Position numbers and translations under genes: made by a program. DNA of 64,000 nt from Bacteroidota bacterium (GTDB taxonomy: Bacteria > Bacteroidota > Bacteroidia > Flavobacteriales > JADGDT01), in assembly GCA_039714315.1 (NCBI GenBank), contig JBDLJM010000003.1, positions 2,692-66,691 on the forward strand, given 5' to 3'. This document shows, piece by piece, positions 29,039-37,445 of this stretch. Numbering within the stretch: the stretch's first letter is position 1; the number at the start of each line of letters is the position of its first letter. Below the pieces are notes generated by a model. The model had not been told where the DNA came from. It searched no databases and was given only the letters and a program-made list of their open reading frames with translations.

Positions 29039-30394
29039 TTATTTTTTTGATAACTGGTCTATTTTGGGTTTTAACACCCTGAAACCATTCAAAAGACCAT
29101 CCGTTAATTTATCAACATCTTTCTGAGTGTGCGTTGTTGCAAACATACATGCCAATGTATTTATCATGATTATATCTTTTTCAAGAAACAGGTAATCGAG
29201 AAACTCTGTAATTACTGACTGTGTATCCGGTCCCTGATAGGTTTCCCTGTAAGTATTCGGTGCTTTTTCTTTAAAGTGAATCCTAAACATTGAACCTGCG
29301 CCCGTTAAACAGGCAGGAATATCTGCTATTTTTATAGCTTCTTCTATCTGTTTTCTCGCAGTCATTGTAAGGGCATTTATTTCCAAAACAGCTTTCTCGT
29401 CAAATAACTCCATAGCTACCCTTCCGGCAGTAGTTGAAACCGGATTGGCAGAAAATGTCCCTGAATGCGGATGCCTGAGAAATTTTTGACGCGGATCAAG
29501 AACCTCCATTATTTCCGATTTTCCGGCAACTGCTCCAATAGGAAATCCACCACCGATAATTTTTCCCATTGCAGTCATATCAGGTTTAACAGAATAATTT
29601 GCCTGAGCTCCCGAATAGTTTACCCTGTAAGTAACTACCTCATCGAAAGCTAAAACAGCATTATTTTTTCTTGTCCAGTCATATAATGCTTTCACAAACT
29701 CCTCTGTGGCAGGAAACAGACCTACACGGTGAGGAACCGGATCAATCAACACACAGGCAATATTATCTGCATCTTGATCCAGCAACCTTATGGTTCTTTC
29801 AATGTCATTATATGGAAATATCACCACATCGTCCATCACGCCCTGAGGTGTTCCCTGAACAACCGGTACAGTATTGGGTTTATCTATATCTCCCCAGTTA
29901 CCCGGATTGGCAGTCTGACTTATTTCTGCAAAATCATAAGTGCCGTGATAAGCTCCTTCGGCTTTGGCTATTTTAGCTTTTCCGGTAAGAGCTCTGGCCG
30001 CTTTTATCATAGTCATAACAGCCTCAGTACCCGAGTTCATAAACCTGATTTTTTCAAATCCCGGAGTACGCGATATCAGCAATTCGGCAAACGCCACCTC
30101 TGCTTCAGATCCCATAGTAAAAGCAGAACCCTTTTTTAATTGTTCCGTAACAGCATTAACAATTGCAGGATGCGAATGTCCATGTATTAATGAAGCCATA
30201 TTATTTGCAAAATCCAGACGTTCTGTTCCATCTATATCTTTTATATAACTGCCGTGAGCACTGGCTACATAATATGGGTGAGGTTTTCTGTATATGGTAT
30301 TTCTACTTACTCCACCTGTAATTACTCCAACTGCCCGTTCGTAAATAGCCTTGCTTGATTCGCCTTTGGCTGTTTTATTGGATTGAGGTTTCAT
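29039..30394 (-). CDS. Class-III (GSAM/HemL-like) PLP aminotransferase
   Basis: 451 aa with layout and motifs of the glutamate-1-semialdehyde aminomutase-like branch (NSGTEA, DEV.T.R, and a lysine in MGKIIGGGFP). Confidence 0.85.
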   Translation of the reverse strand: MKPQSNKTAKGESSKAIYERAVGVITGGVSRNTIYRKPHPYYVASAHGSYIKDIDGTERLDFANNMASLIHGHSHPAIVNAVTEQLKKGSAFTMGSEAEVAFAELLISRTPGFEKIRFMNSGTEAVMTMIKAARALTGKAKIAKAEGAYHGTYDFAEISQTANPGNWGDIDKPNTVPVVQGTPQGVMDDVVIFPYNDIERTIRLLDQDADNIACVLIDPVPHRVGLFPATEEFVKALYDWTRKNNAVLAFDEVVTYRVNYSGAQANYSVKPDMTAMGKIIGGGFPIGAVAGKSEIMEVLDPRQKFLRHPHSGTFSANPVSTTAGRVAMELFDEKAVLEINALTMTARKQIEEAIKIADIPACLTGAGSMFRIHFKEKAPNTYRETYQGPDTQSVITEFLDYLFLEKDIIMINTLACMFATTHTQKDVDKLTDGLLNGFRVLKPKIDQLSKK

Positions 30395-30415
30395 GATATT
30401 TCAGAATTTAGCTTT

Positions 30416-31078
30416 TTACTCAGTGTATAAATTAAGTTTTGCCCCGGTGTGCTTTTGTAAATAATCAAAATCTACATTAGGTCCCATTTCTCTAACATAT
30501 AAACCGTCATTTTCAACATCTATTATGGCCAGATCGGTATATATTCTTTCCACAACGCCCTTTCCTGTAAGAGGAAATGTACACTCATCAATTATTTTAG
30601 GAACTCCTTTTTTGGTCACATGTTGGGTAATCACCAAAATTCTTTTCACTCCGGCAACCAAATCCATAGCTCCCCCAACAGCAGGAATAGCAGTTTTAGC
30701 ACCGGTTGACCAATTGGCAAGATCTCCATCTCTGGAAACCTGCATTGCTCCCAGAACACATACATCTATATGCCCTCCGCGGATCATAGTGAAACTGTCG
30801 GCATGATGAAAATAACTGGCTCCTGGTATAGAAGTAATACATTTTTTACCCGCATTAACCAATTCCCGGTCTTCTTTCTCCTTTGGCGGTACCTTTCCCA
30901 TACCGAGTAATCCGTTTTCGGTCTGATAAATCAACTCCCGGCCTTCGGGAACAAAATCGGCAACCATCTCGGGAATTCCGATTCCAAGATTTACATAAGA
31001 ACCATCAGGGATGTCTAAGGCCACTTTTTGAGCCATTTCTGAACGATCCCAACCTATTTTTTTATCTGTATCTACCAT
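30416..31078 (-). CDS. 3-oxoacid CoA-transferase subunit B
   Basis: 220 aa. YVNLGIGIP and SENGLLG-type (TENGLLGMG) motifs of ScoB/PcaJ/AtoA. Overlaps subunit A by 7 nt. Confidence 0.9.
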   Translation of the reverse strand: MVDTDKKIGWDRSEMAQKVALDIPDGSYVNLGIGIPEMVADFVPEGRELIYQTENGLLGMGKVPPKEKEDRELVNAGKKCITSIPGASYFHHADSFTMIRGGHIDVCVLGAMQVSRDGDLANWSTGAKTAIPAVGGAMDLVAGVKRILVITQHVTKKGVPKIIDECTFPLTGKGVVERIYTDLAIIDVENDGLYVREMGPNVDFDYLQKHTGAKLNLYTE

Positions 31079-31785
31079 GGGTATCTCATTCCTTGTGCCA
31101 CTAATTCTGATTCGTGAGCAGGGTTATTAATCTCTATAACTCTTTTTACAAATATCCCCGGAGTAACAACTACCTCAGGGTCTATTTCTCCGGCTTCAAC
31201 TATATGTTTCGTCTGAACTATTGCAGTTTTTGCAGCCGTACACATTATAGGCCCGAAATTTCGGGCTGTTGCGTGATAAGTCAAATTGCCATACCTGTCG
31301 GCTTTTTCACTTTTAACCAGTGAAAAATCTGCAACTATTCCATGTTCCAAAACATACTCTGTTTCGTTAAACATACGCGACTCCTTACCATGGGCAAGTA
31401 CTGTATTTACAGATGCCGGTGTGTAAAAAGCTGGTATTCCGGCTCCTCCGGCACGTATCCTTTCGGCCAAAGTTCCCTGAGGGACCAATTCCAGTTCTAT
31501 CTCTCCGGCATTATATAATTCCGGAAAAACAGTTGAATTTGCAGTTCTGGGAAAGGAGCAAATCATTTTCTTTACACGCTTGTGTTCTATCAGAGCAGCA
31601 AGACCTATATTTCCGCTACCTGTATTGTTACTTACCACTGTAAGATCTTTTGCTCCCTGATCTATTAAAGCATGAATTAGCTCTATAGGGCTCCCGGCCT
31701 CACCAAATCCGCCTATCATAACTGTTGCCCCATCATGAATATCACTAACCGCTTTTACAGCTGATTCAACAATCTTATTAATCAT
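31072..31785 (-). CDS. 3-oxoacid CoA-transferase subunit A
   Basis: 237 aa. IGGFG...G.P, ELVPQGTLAERIRAGGAGIPAFYTP and a GNL block typical of ScoA/PcaI/AtoD. Confidence 0.9.
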   Translation of the reverse strand: MINKIVESAVKAVSDIHDGATVMIGGFGEAGSPIELIHALIDQGAKDLTVVSNNTGSGNIGLAALIEHKRVKKMICSFPRTANSTVFPELYNAGEIELELVPQGTLAERIRAGGAGIPAFYTPASVNTVLAHGKESRMFNETEYVLEHGIVADFSLVKSEKADRYGNLTYHATARNFGPIMCTAAKTAIVQTKHIVEAGEIDPEVVVTPGIFVKRVIEINNPAHESELVAQGMRYPW

Positions 31786-31823
31786 AATATTTTATATAAA
31801 ATGAATAGATTTATTAAATAACC

Positions 31824-33377
31824 TTATAAGGTTTTCTCCAGAATAGTCTTATTTTCAAGACCTTCTTCTATACCGGCTAATTCTTCCTCATAGAAATAAT
31901 TACCACCTTCTAAAGGTTTTAGTTTCTCTATGGTGTTTTCTTTTTCATCATATTCAGCTAAATATACCTTATCGAGCCACTCCATGTTTCTGGCTTCATT
32001 AAATTTCAGTACAAAGGCCTTTTTGCCGTTAACTTCTACTGTACCCAATAAAGATGTTTTTCCTGCAGAAGACGTCATTGTAATATATCTCGACGGACGC
32101 GAAACTGAAGGAAGACTTCTGTATATTTTGCTAAATACTTTATTTATATCAGCCAATGGAGCAGTAAAATAATGATGTTCTCCGGTTGGTCTGGCCATAT
32201 ACATCGAATGGAAACCTATTCCTAACATAGTTAATATATGTGCCAAATCAATCCAGTTTTGGGCAGACTTATCTACATCTACTTTCCCGTTTTCGTATTT
32301 AAACAGACTGATATGGTTCATAATAGGACTTTGACTCTTCACGTTAACTCCGTTTGATCTTAATCTACGAACGGCAGCTATTGTTTGGATATTCATCAAC
32401 TCTTTTGGAGCTGAAAAATGCCCCATCCACAATACCTGAACTCCATTCTCTCCTAACTTTTTAAACAATTCGAGAGTTTGATCATACTTCGAATTAAGAA
32501 TCATTCCGGGATCGAAAGTTAGAGCTCTTGATGCTATCCTTATTGTTCTGACATGCATTAATTCAGGATCTTCAATTAACGGAGTCAGATACTCCTTTAA
32601 TCTATTATATGGCATATAACCTCCATCTCCCCCGGTAACAAGAATATCTGTTACCTCCTTGTGCTGTCTAAGATATTGATGCACCGGAGTTATTTCGTTT
32701 TGAATAAACATATCTTCATCTCCTCTAACCTGAGCATGACGAAAACAATAAGTACAAAAAGAGAAACAGCTTTGTGTTGTTTTATCAAAAATTAAAAAAC
32801 ACTGGGGATACTTGTGCTGACTACCGTCTAGTGTATCTATGTCTCCTTCCTCGTTATAGAATGAAGGCCTGTTTAAAAGCTGCTTACCGTCGTGAGGATT
32901 AGTTTTTTCAATGTAATCCGTAGCAATTTTGGTTCTTTTTACAGCATCTTCTTCTTCCAGATATTCCCCAACTGTTCCTTCGTTTATCATGTTTGGCTGA
33001 GGAAAAGTCAGCTGAAAGACTGAATCGTTCTCATAATTCTCCCAGTCAATAGTATTTAATACGTGCTTTGTTACCATGAAACGGTATACTTCTATAAAAA
33101 GCTCACGTTCACTGATATCACCAAGTATAATACCATTTTCTTCCAGTATAGAACAAATTTCCCTGAAACCTTCTAAACCGGTATAACGTTTTTTTGAATC
33201 TTTAAATATAGCTTTTGATTTTACCTGCAACCTCGAGTGTTGAGGGAAACTATTGTGCAACCTGCTAAGCAGGCCCGTAGGAAGTAAATTTTCCTTTTCT
33301 ACATTACTTATTGCGTCATCACTCATAGAGTGACGCTCAATAAGACTTTTTACTACAGATGGTTTTATGGTAATCAT
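31824..33377 (-). CDS. KamA-family radical-SAM, PLP-dependent amino acid 2,3-aminomutase-like enzyme (substrate unknown)
   Basis: 517 aa. CxxxCxxC at C204/C208/C211 (CFSFCTYC), a GGD SAM motif (LVTGGDGG), and a candidate PLP lysine K440 (SSAGK) aligned to GGGGK of lysine 2,3-aminomutase. Confidence 0.85.
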   Translation of the reverse strand: MITIKPSVVKSLIERHSMSDDAISNVEKENLLPTGLLSRLHNSFPQHSRLQVKSKAIFKDSKKRYTGLEGFREICSILEENGIILGDISERELFIEVYRFMVTKHVLNTIDWENYENDSVFQLTFPQPNMINEGTVGEYLEEEDAVKRTKIATDYIEKTNPHDGKQLLNRPSFYNEEGDIDTLDGSQHKYPQCFLIFDKTTQSCFSFCTYCFRHAQVRGDEDMFIQNEITPVHQYLRQHKEVTDILVTGGDGGYMPYNRLKEYLTPLIEDPELMHVRTIRIASRALTFDPGMILNSKYDQTLELFKKLGENGVQVLWMGHFSAPKELMNIQTIAAVRRLRSNGVNVKSQSPIMNHISLFKYENGKVDVDKSAQNWIDLAHILTMLGIGFHSMYMARPTGEHHYFTAPLADINKVFSKIYRSLPSVSRPSRYITMTSSAGKTSLLGTVEVNGKKAFVLKFNEARNMEWLDKVYLAEYDEKENTIEKLKPLEGGNYFYEEELAGIEEGLENKTILEKTL

Positions 33378-33448
33378 TTCTTTTATGGTTTACGCAAATA
33401 CTCCTAAAGAGTATCAGTTGTGGTTATTTATTTTATTTAAACTTTATT

Positions 33449-34000
33449 TCAATTAATTAGTGTTATTACCCAGAGCAATTCAGCATCATCATCACTAATA
33501 TTCCTAAACAAATGCGGTCTGTTCGAATTAAAATAAAAACTGTCACCACTGCTTAAGGTGTATTGTTTTCCATCAAACTCTGCTTCGAAATCTCCTTTTA
33601 ATACAAAGCAAAACTCCTGACCCGGATAGTTGCTTGTCATAATTTCTTTTGAATCTGAATTTTTATCGAATTTTATTATATAAGACTCTATCTGCTTTCC
33701 GGGAATGTGATTCGATAATAAATAAGAGAATGTTCCCTTATCGTTCTTTTTTGCAAGCTTTCTTTCACCTGACTTCAATAGGGGGCTTTGAATATTATTT
33801 TCATTTTCTCCTATTAACTCACCTACAGTAGTTTTTAATGATTCAGCAACTTTTTTTAAAGTAACTATTGATGGGAAAGCCTTTCCTTTCTCTATTTGAG
33901 AAATTAAACTCGGAGTAACTCCAATCATGATTGACAACTCTTTTATTTGCAACCCGAGTTCTTCTCGTTTCCTCTTAATTCTCTTACCCATTCGTTCCAT
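33449..34000 (-). CDS. XRE-family HTH regulator with C-terminal cupin sensor domain (PuuR-like architecture)
   Basis: 183 aa. The HTH_3 region is LGLQIKELSIMIGVTPSLISQIEKGK. The C-terminal cupin region is GQEFCFVLKGDFEAEFDGKQYTLSSGDSFYF. Confidence 0.85.
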   Translation of the reverse strand: MERMGKRIKRKREELGLQIKELSIMIGVTPSLISQIEKGKAFPSIVTLKKVAESLKTTVGELIGENENNIQSPLLKSGERKLAKKNDKGTFSYLLSNHIPGKQIESYIIKFDKNSDSKEIMTSNYPGQEFCFVLKGDFEAEFDGKQYTLSSGDSFYFNSNRPHLFRNISDDDAELLWVITLIN

Positions 34001-34345
34001 AACAGCCGGAATTAATTTTATTTAACTAATTAAACTTTACTACACAAAGTAAATGTAATTTAATTAATTAAACAATGTATTTCCGTAATAATCTGGTGAT
34101 ATTTGTCATATAAACCAGTGCAATCAATTGATATATGTTTATTTCTTCAGAAAGATAGATCACTGTTATTTTCCGGTGGGAGTAAAATATTGCACTAACC
34201 TAAATTCCGACAAGTAATCAACTCATCGTTAATTGTATGTTTAGCTATTTCGGTAAATTTATAATCCCGCCTTAGCGGGACTATAAACAGCACTGTAGAT
34301 GTAAAAACTTCTTGTAGAACTCACGTTATTACTATTTACCAATAA

Positions 34346-34391
34346 CTAAAAAGTAAGCACCTGCATGATACAGTCAGGCAGGTGCTTACTT
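34346..34391 (-). terminator. Rho-independent terminator after serine-hydrolase gene
   Basis: 14-bp stem: aagtaagcacctgc pairs with gcaggtgcttactt (34351-34391), followed on the minus strand by TTTTT. Confidence 0.85.
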
Positions 34392-34466
34392 ATAAATTAT
34401 AATCCCAGAAAAATAGACTTAATCCATATTCGGGCAGATAAAGTTAGAGTACTATTCCGGTTATTA

Positions 34467-36008
34467 TTAATTTACCTTATATACTTTTAGTTCCTCAAAA
34501 AAGATATCATCATTTGGAACATCAAATTCTAGCCCTTTTACGTCCATATTATTATCACTTAAAAACTTAATAGTTCCAAAATTGAACCAAGCATGTGTAT
34601 TATCCCAATTTATTTTCCACACATCATAGTGCCAGTGACTCAAAGTTGCCGACAAGCTTGGAGAATATTCAAAATCAAGGCGAAGTTGATCATTCTTTTT
34701 AGAAACTCTTATTTCTCCGTAAATATCAGCCTTATAAACACCTGATAAATTATCTGTACTGATAGATGGAACGGTATTAAGTACCCTCTTATTTTTCCTA
34801 TCCGATACACGGGTATCAGCCTTCAGTTTAGCATCAGTTTTAGCCAAAAGTACAGAGGACCAGTCTTTTTCCTCTATTCCCAAAAACATATCCAAAGCAT
34901 AATTAGTTGCGGCACTAATCGGACTTTTCAATCCATTTGTAAGCACTACTACTCCAAGATTTTCATCCGGGATCATAGTAATGGCAGTTATCATACCGTC
35001 AAATCCTCCTGTATGTGATACCTTAAAATAACTATGATAATCGCTCAGGCCCCATCCTAAGCCATAAGCTCCAAAGTTCTGGCCGGTCTCATTCTTATTA
35101 ATATGGTCTACAATAAAGTTATTATGAGGAGTCCAAATCATATTTAAGGTTTCAGAAGCCAAAAGTGTATCCTTGCCTATCACTCCGCTATTCATGTTGA
35201 AAATCATCCATTCTGATACATCTCTCACACTGGAAATAACACCTCCCAGTGCACCTACTTCTTCCCAGTCTTCCCAAATAATGGGTATATTAACATTTTC
35301 CTCCCGAGCATGTGGAATTGCAAAGTTCCCTTTTGATTCTAATTTATCACGCGAAGTTATAGTTCTGCTCATACCAAGAGGTTCTAATATCCTCTCTTTC
35401 ACATTTACATTCCAGCTTTTTCCTGTTACTTTCTTTATTAGTTCTCCTGCAGTAATAAACATAACATTGGAATAACCATAACCTGATCTGAAATTATAAG
35501 CTTTTGGAACGTATTTAATTCTTTTAATTATTTCTTCTGAACTCAGGATCGATTTATACCATATAATATCACCGCTAAATGTACCCAACCCCACTCTGTG
35601 ACTCAATAAATCTCTTATCGTAACCTCTTCACTCACCCAAGGATCATACAAGGCAAAATACGGAAGATATTTTTTCACCTTGTCGTTCCAGTTTAACTTA
35701 CCTTCCTGAACCAACATTCCAATAACAGTAGCTGTAAATGCCTTTGAATTGGAAGCGATGGCATATAAGGTATTTTCATTAGGTTCTGCTTTTCCCCCTT
35801 CTTCAAGCACTCCATAATTACCGGTAAACACCAATTTACCATCCTTTACAATTCCTATGCTTGCTCCGGGAACATCCCAGTCCTTAACCATTTTAGCATA
35901 ATATTCATCGAGTTGTTTAAAGTCAATCCTTGAATCTTTCTGGGCCACCAAGCCTACAGATATAAACAGGAAAGAAATAATTAGAATCTGTATTTTTTTC
36001 ATATTCAT
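34467..36008 (-). CDS. Serine hydrolase (class-C beta-lactamase/DD-peptidase family) with C-terminal DUF3471-like domain
   Basis: 513 aa with a signal peptide, an SxxK motif (ASNSKAF), a YSN motif, and a C-terminal beta-rich domain. Confidence 0.85.
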   Translation of the reverse strand: MNMKKIQILIISFLFISVGLVAQKDSRIDFKQLDEYYAKMVKDWDVPGASIGIVKDGKLVFTGNYGVLEEGGKAEPNENTLYAIASNSKAFTATVIGMLVQEGKLNWNDKVKKYLPYFALYDPWVSEEVTIRDLLSHRVGLGTFSGDIIWYKSILSSEEIIKRIKYVPKAYNFRSGYGYSNVMFITAGELIKKVTGKSWNVNVKERILEPLGMSRTITSRDKLESKGNFAIPHAREENVNIPIIWEDWEEVGALGGVISSVRDVSEWMIFNMNSGVIGKDTLLASETLNMIWTPHNNFIVDHINKNETGQNFGAYGLGWGLSDYHSYFKVSHTGGFDGMITAITMIPDENLGVVVLTNGLKSPISAATNYALDMFLGIEEKDWSSVLLAKTDAKLKADTRVSDRKNKRVLNTVPSISTDNLSGVYKADIYGEIRVSKKNDQLRLDFEYSPSLSATLSHWHYDVWKINWDNTHAWFNFGTIKFLSDNNMDVKGLEFDVPNDDIFFEELKVYKVN

Positions 36009-36043
36009 TTTATTTATAGATAATGATTACAGCATGTGCTAAT

Positions 36044-37183
36044 TTACCCCTCAATATCCGACTCCGAAAAAGTAGTAATAGTCATTGTTTGATTATGTAG
36101 TTCACATTTAGTTCCTGAAATATATGGAGCAATTTCTCCATATGAATAGAATCCCGCTATAGTAGCATCCTCTCCTATAACATCTCTTACAGCTTCAACT
36201 TCCTCCTCTATAAGTTGATTCAGCACCAACCTTCTTCCTACACTGCTTACCAGAATTGCTAAGTCGGTATGTGTATTTCCTATATCCTCAATACTTAATT
36301 CTGCCGCACCTTCTGCCCCGTTTATGAGTCTTTCCATGTTCGCCTTCATCAGCCTAACAGTTGCACCTTTGGGAATATTCCCTGCGAACGTCAATGATTT
36401 TTCTTCCTCATTCATAGCAATAACCGTTCTTACAACCGGATTATCATTTGCTTTAATTCGCACACTTAAAGGAAATAATAAGCCTGTAGCCGGAAGATTT
36501 TTAGCCTGATCGCCTAAAAAGTTCCTGAATAAATCAAGAACAGGCTCACCATCAATTTCATAAAGAATATTTCCTCTTGATTTCGTTACAATTCTATCAA
36601 CACCAAAACTATCCCATCCTCCCAGAGAACCATATCCCACCTTTAAATCATCTCCATAAAATCCTATCCCGGTAATCATATTCTCTCTGATCTCCATATC
36701 ATTCGTAATAACGAAGGTTCTCCCGAATTTTGTTTCATCTCCTGCCAAACCACCGGTTATTGAATACTGTTGATCGCTTTGATGTTTTAATCCGTTCACC
36801 AGTGATGTCCCGTTAATATTTAATCCTTCGGATAAAACAAATAAGTGTTTCAAACCTTTCTGCTCAAACTTGTCTACTAATTCAGTACCCGCAAGTCTGC
36901 TTTTATTGATCGAAGGTACATACACTTCATTGTATTCTACACGCGATTTATCGAACGAAATCGCTGTCGCCACTACACTGTGATCATGTACGTTAATATC
37001 CTCAATTTCTCCTGAAGTTGAACATCCGGTTATAATTGAATCAGGATACAGCTCACGAAAATTCTTTAATAAATCTAAATTTTTAAACGAAGGTGATACA
37101 AATAAAAGAATAAGATCAGGGTTAAAAGAAAACTCTTCCAACTCTGTATCTCCGGCATAAATAACGATTTGTTCTGTAGTCAT
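36044..37183 (-). CDS. FIST-domain (FIST_N + FIST_C) sensory protein, no output domain
   Basis: 379 aa. The layout is typical of stand-alone FIST proteins (…LILLFVSP…, …GFYSYGEI… near the C-terminus). Confidence 0.75.
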   Translation of the reverse strand: MTTEQIVIYAGDTELEEFSFNPDLILLFVSPSFKNLDLLKNFRELYPDSIITGCSTSGEIEDINVHDHSVVATAISFDKSRVEYNEVYVPSINKSRLAGTELVDKFEQKGLKHLFVLSEGLNINGTSLVNGLKHQSDQQYSITGGLAGDETKFGRTFVITNDMEIRENMITGIGFYGDDLKVGYGSLGGWDSFGVDRIVTKSRGNILYEIDGEPVLDLFRNFLGDQAKNLPATGLLFPLSVRIKANDNPVVRTVIAMNEEEKSLTFAGNIPKGATVRLMKANMERLINGAEGAAELSIEDIGNTHTDLAILVSSVGRRLVLNQLIEEEVEAVRDVIGEDATIAGFYSYGEIAPYISGTKCELHNQTMTITTFSESDIEG

Positions 37184-37445
37184 AGGTCAGGTTAATCTCA
37201 AAAATTACTTTTGTTGATATTTAGTTTCAAACATACAATTTTTATAACACTCAAAAAAATCCTACATTAAATGTATTACATACTTAAGCTGCTTTAAAAA
37301 AATTAGAGGTTATGGTAGTCTACATTTTATTCCTCTATAAATTAATTATCATGAAGCTCAATCCTTTTTTTTTCTTTAACTTGATACAAATAAGCCATAT
37401 CTAAAATAAAAATCACATTTTTGCAAAATATATCACTTTACATTT

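Noticed and set aside
28057-30248. Numerous 60-140-aa ORFs antisense to the thiolase and aminotransferase genes (and similar nested ORFs inside malQ, lpdA, the BASS gene, the TonB receptor gene and others)
   Set aside because: They lie entirely within, and opposite to, long ORFs with clear homology. Their translations are low-complexity or Ser/Pro/Ile-rich. The higher GC content of this operon lowers the stop-codon frequency on the antisense strand.
27816-33377. Canonical lysine fermentation (kamA-kamDE-kdd-kce-kal-atoAD) cluster
   Set aside because: Only the KamA-like enzyme and the CoA-transferase/thiolase types are present. No B12-dependent KamDE, 3,5-diaminohexanoate dehydrogenase, Kce or Kal homologues are visible. 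The residues that bind the lysine epsilon-amino group do not appear conserved in my by-eye alignment.
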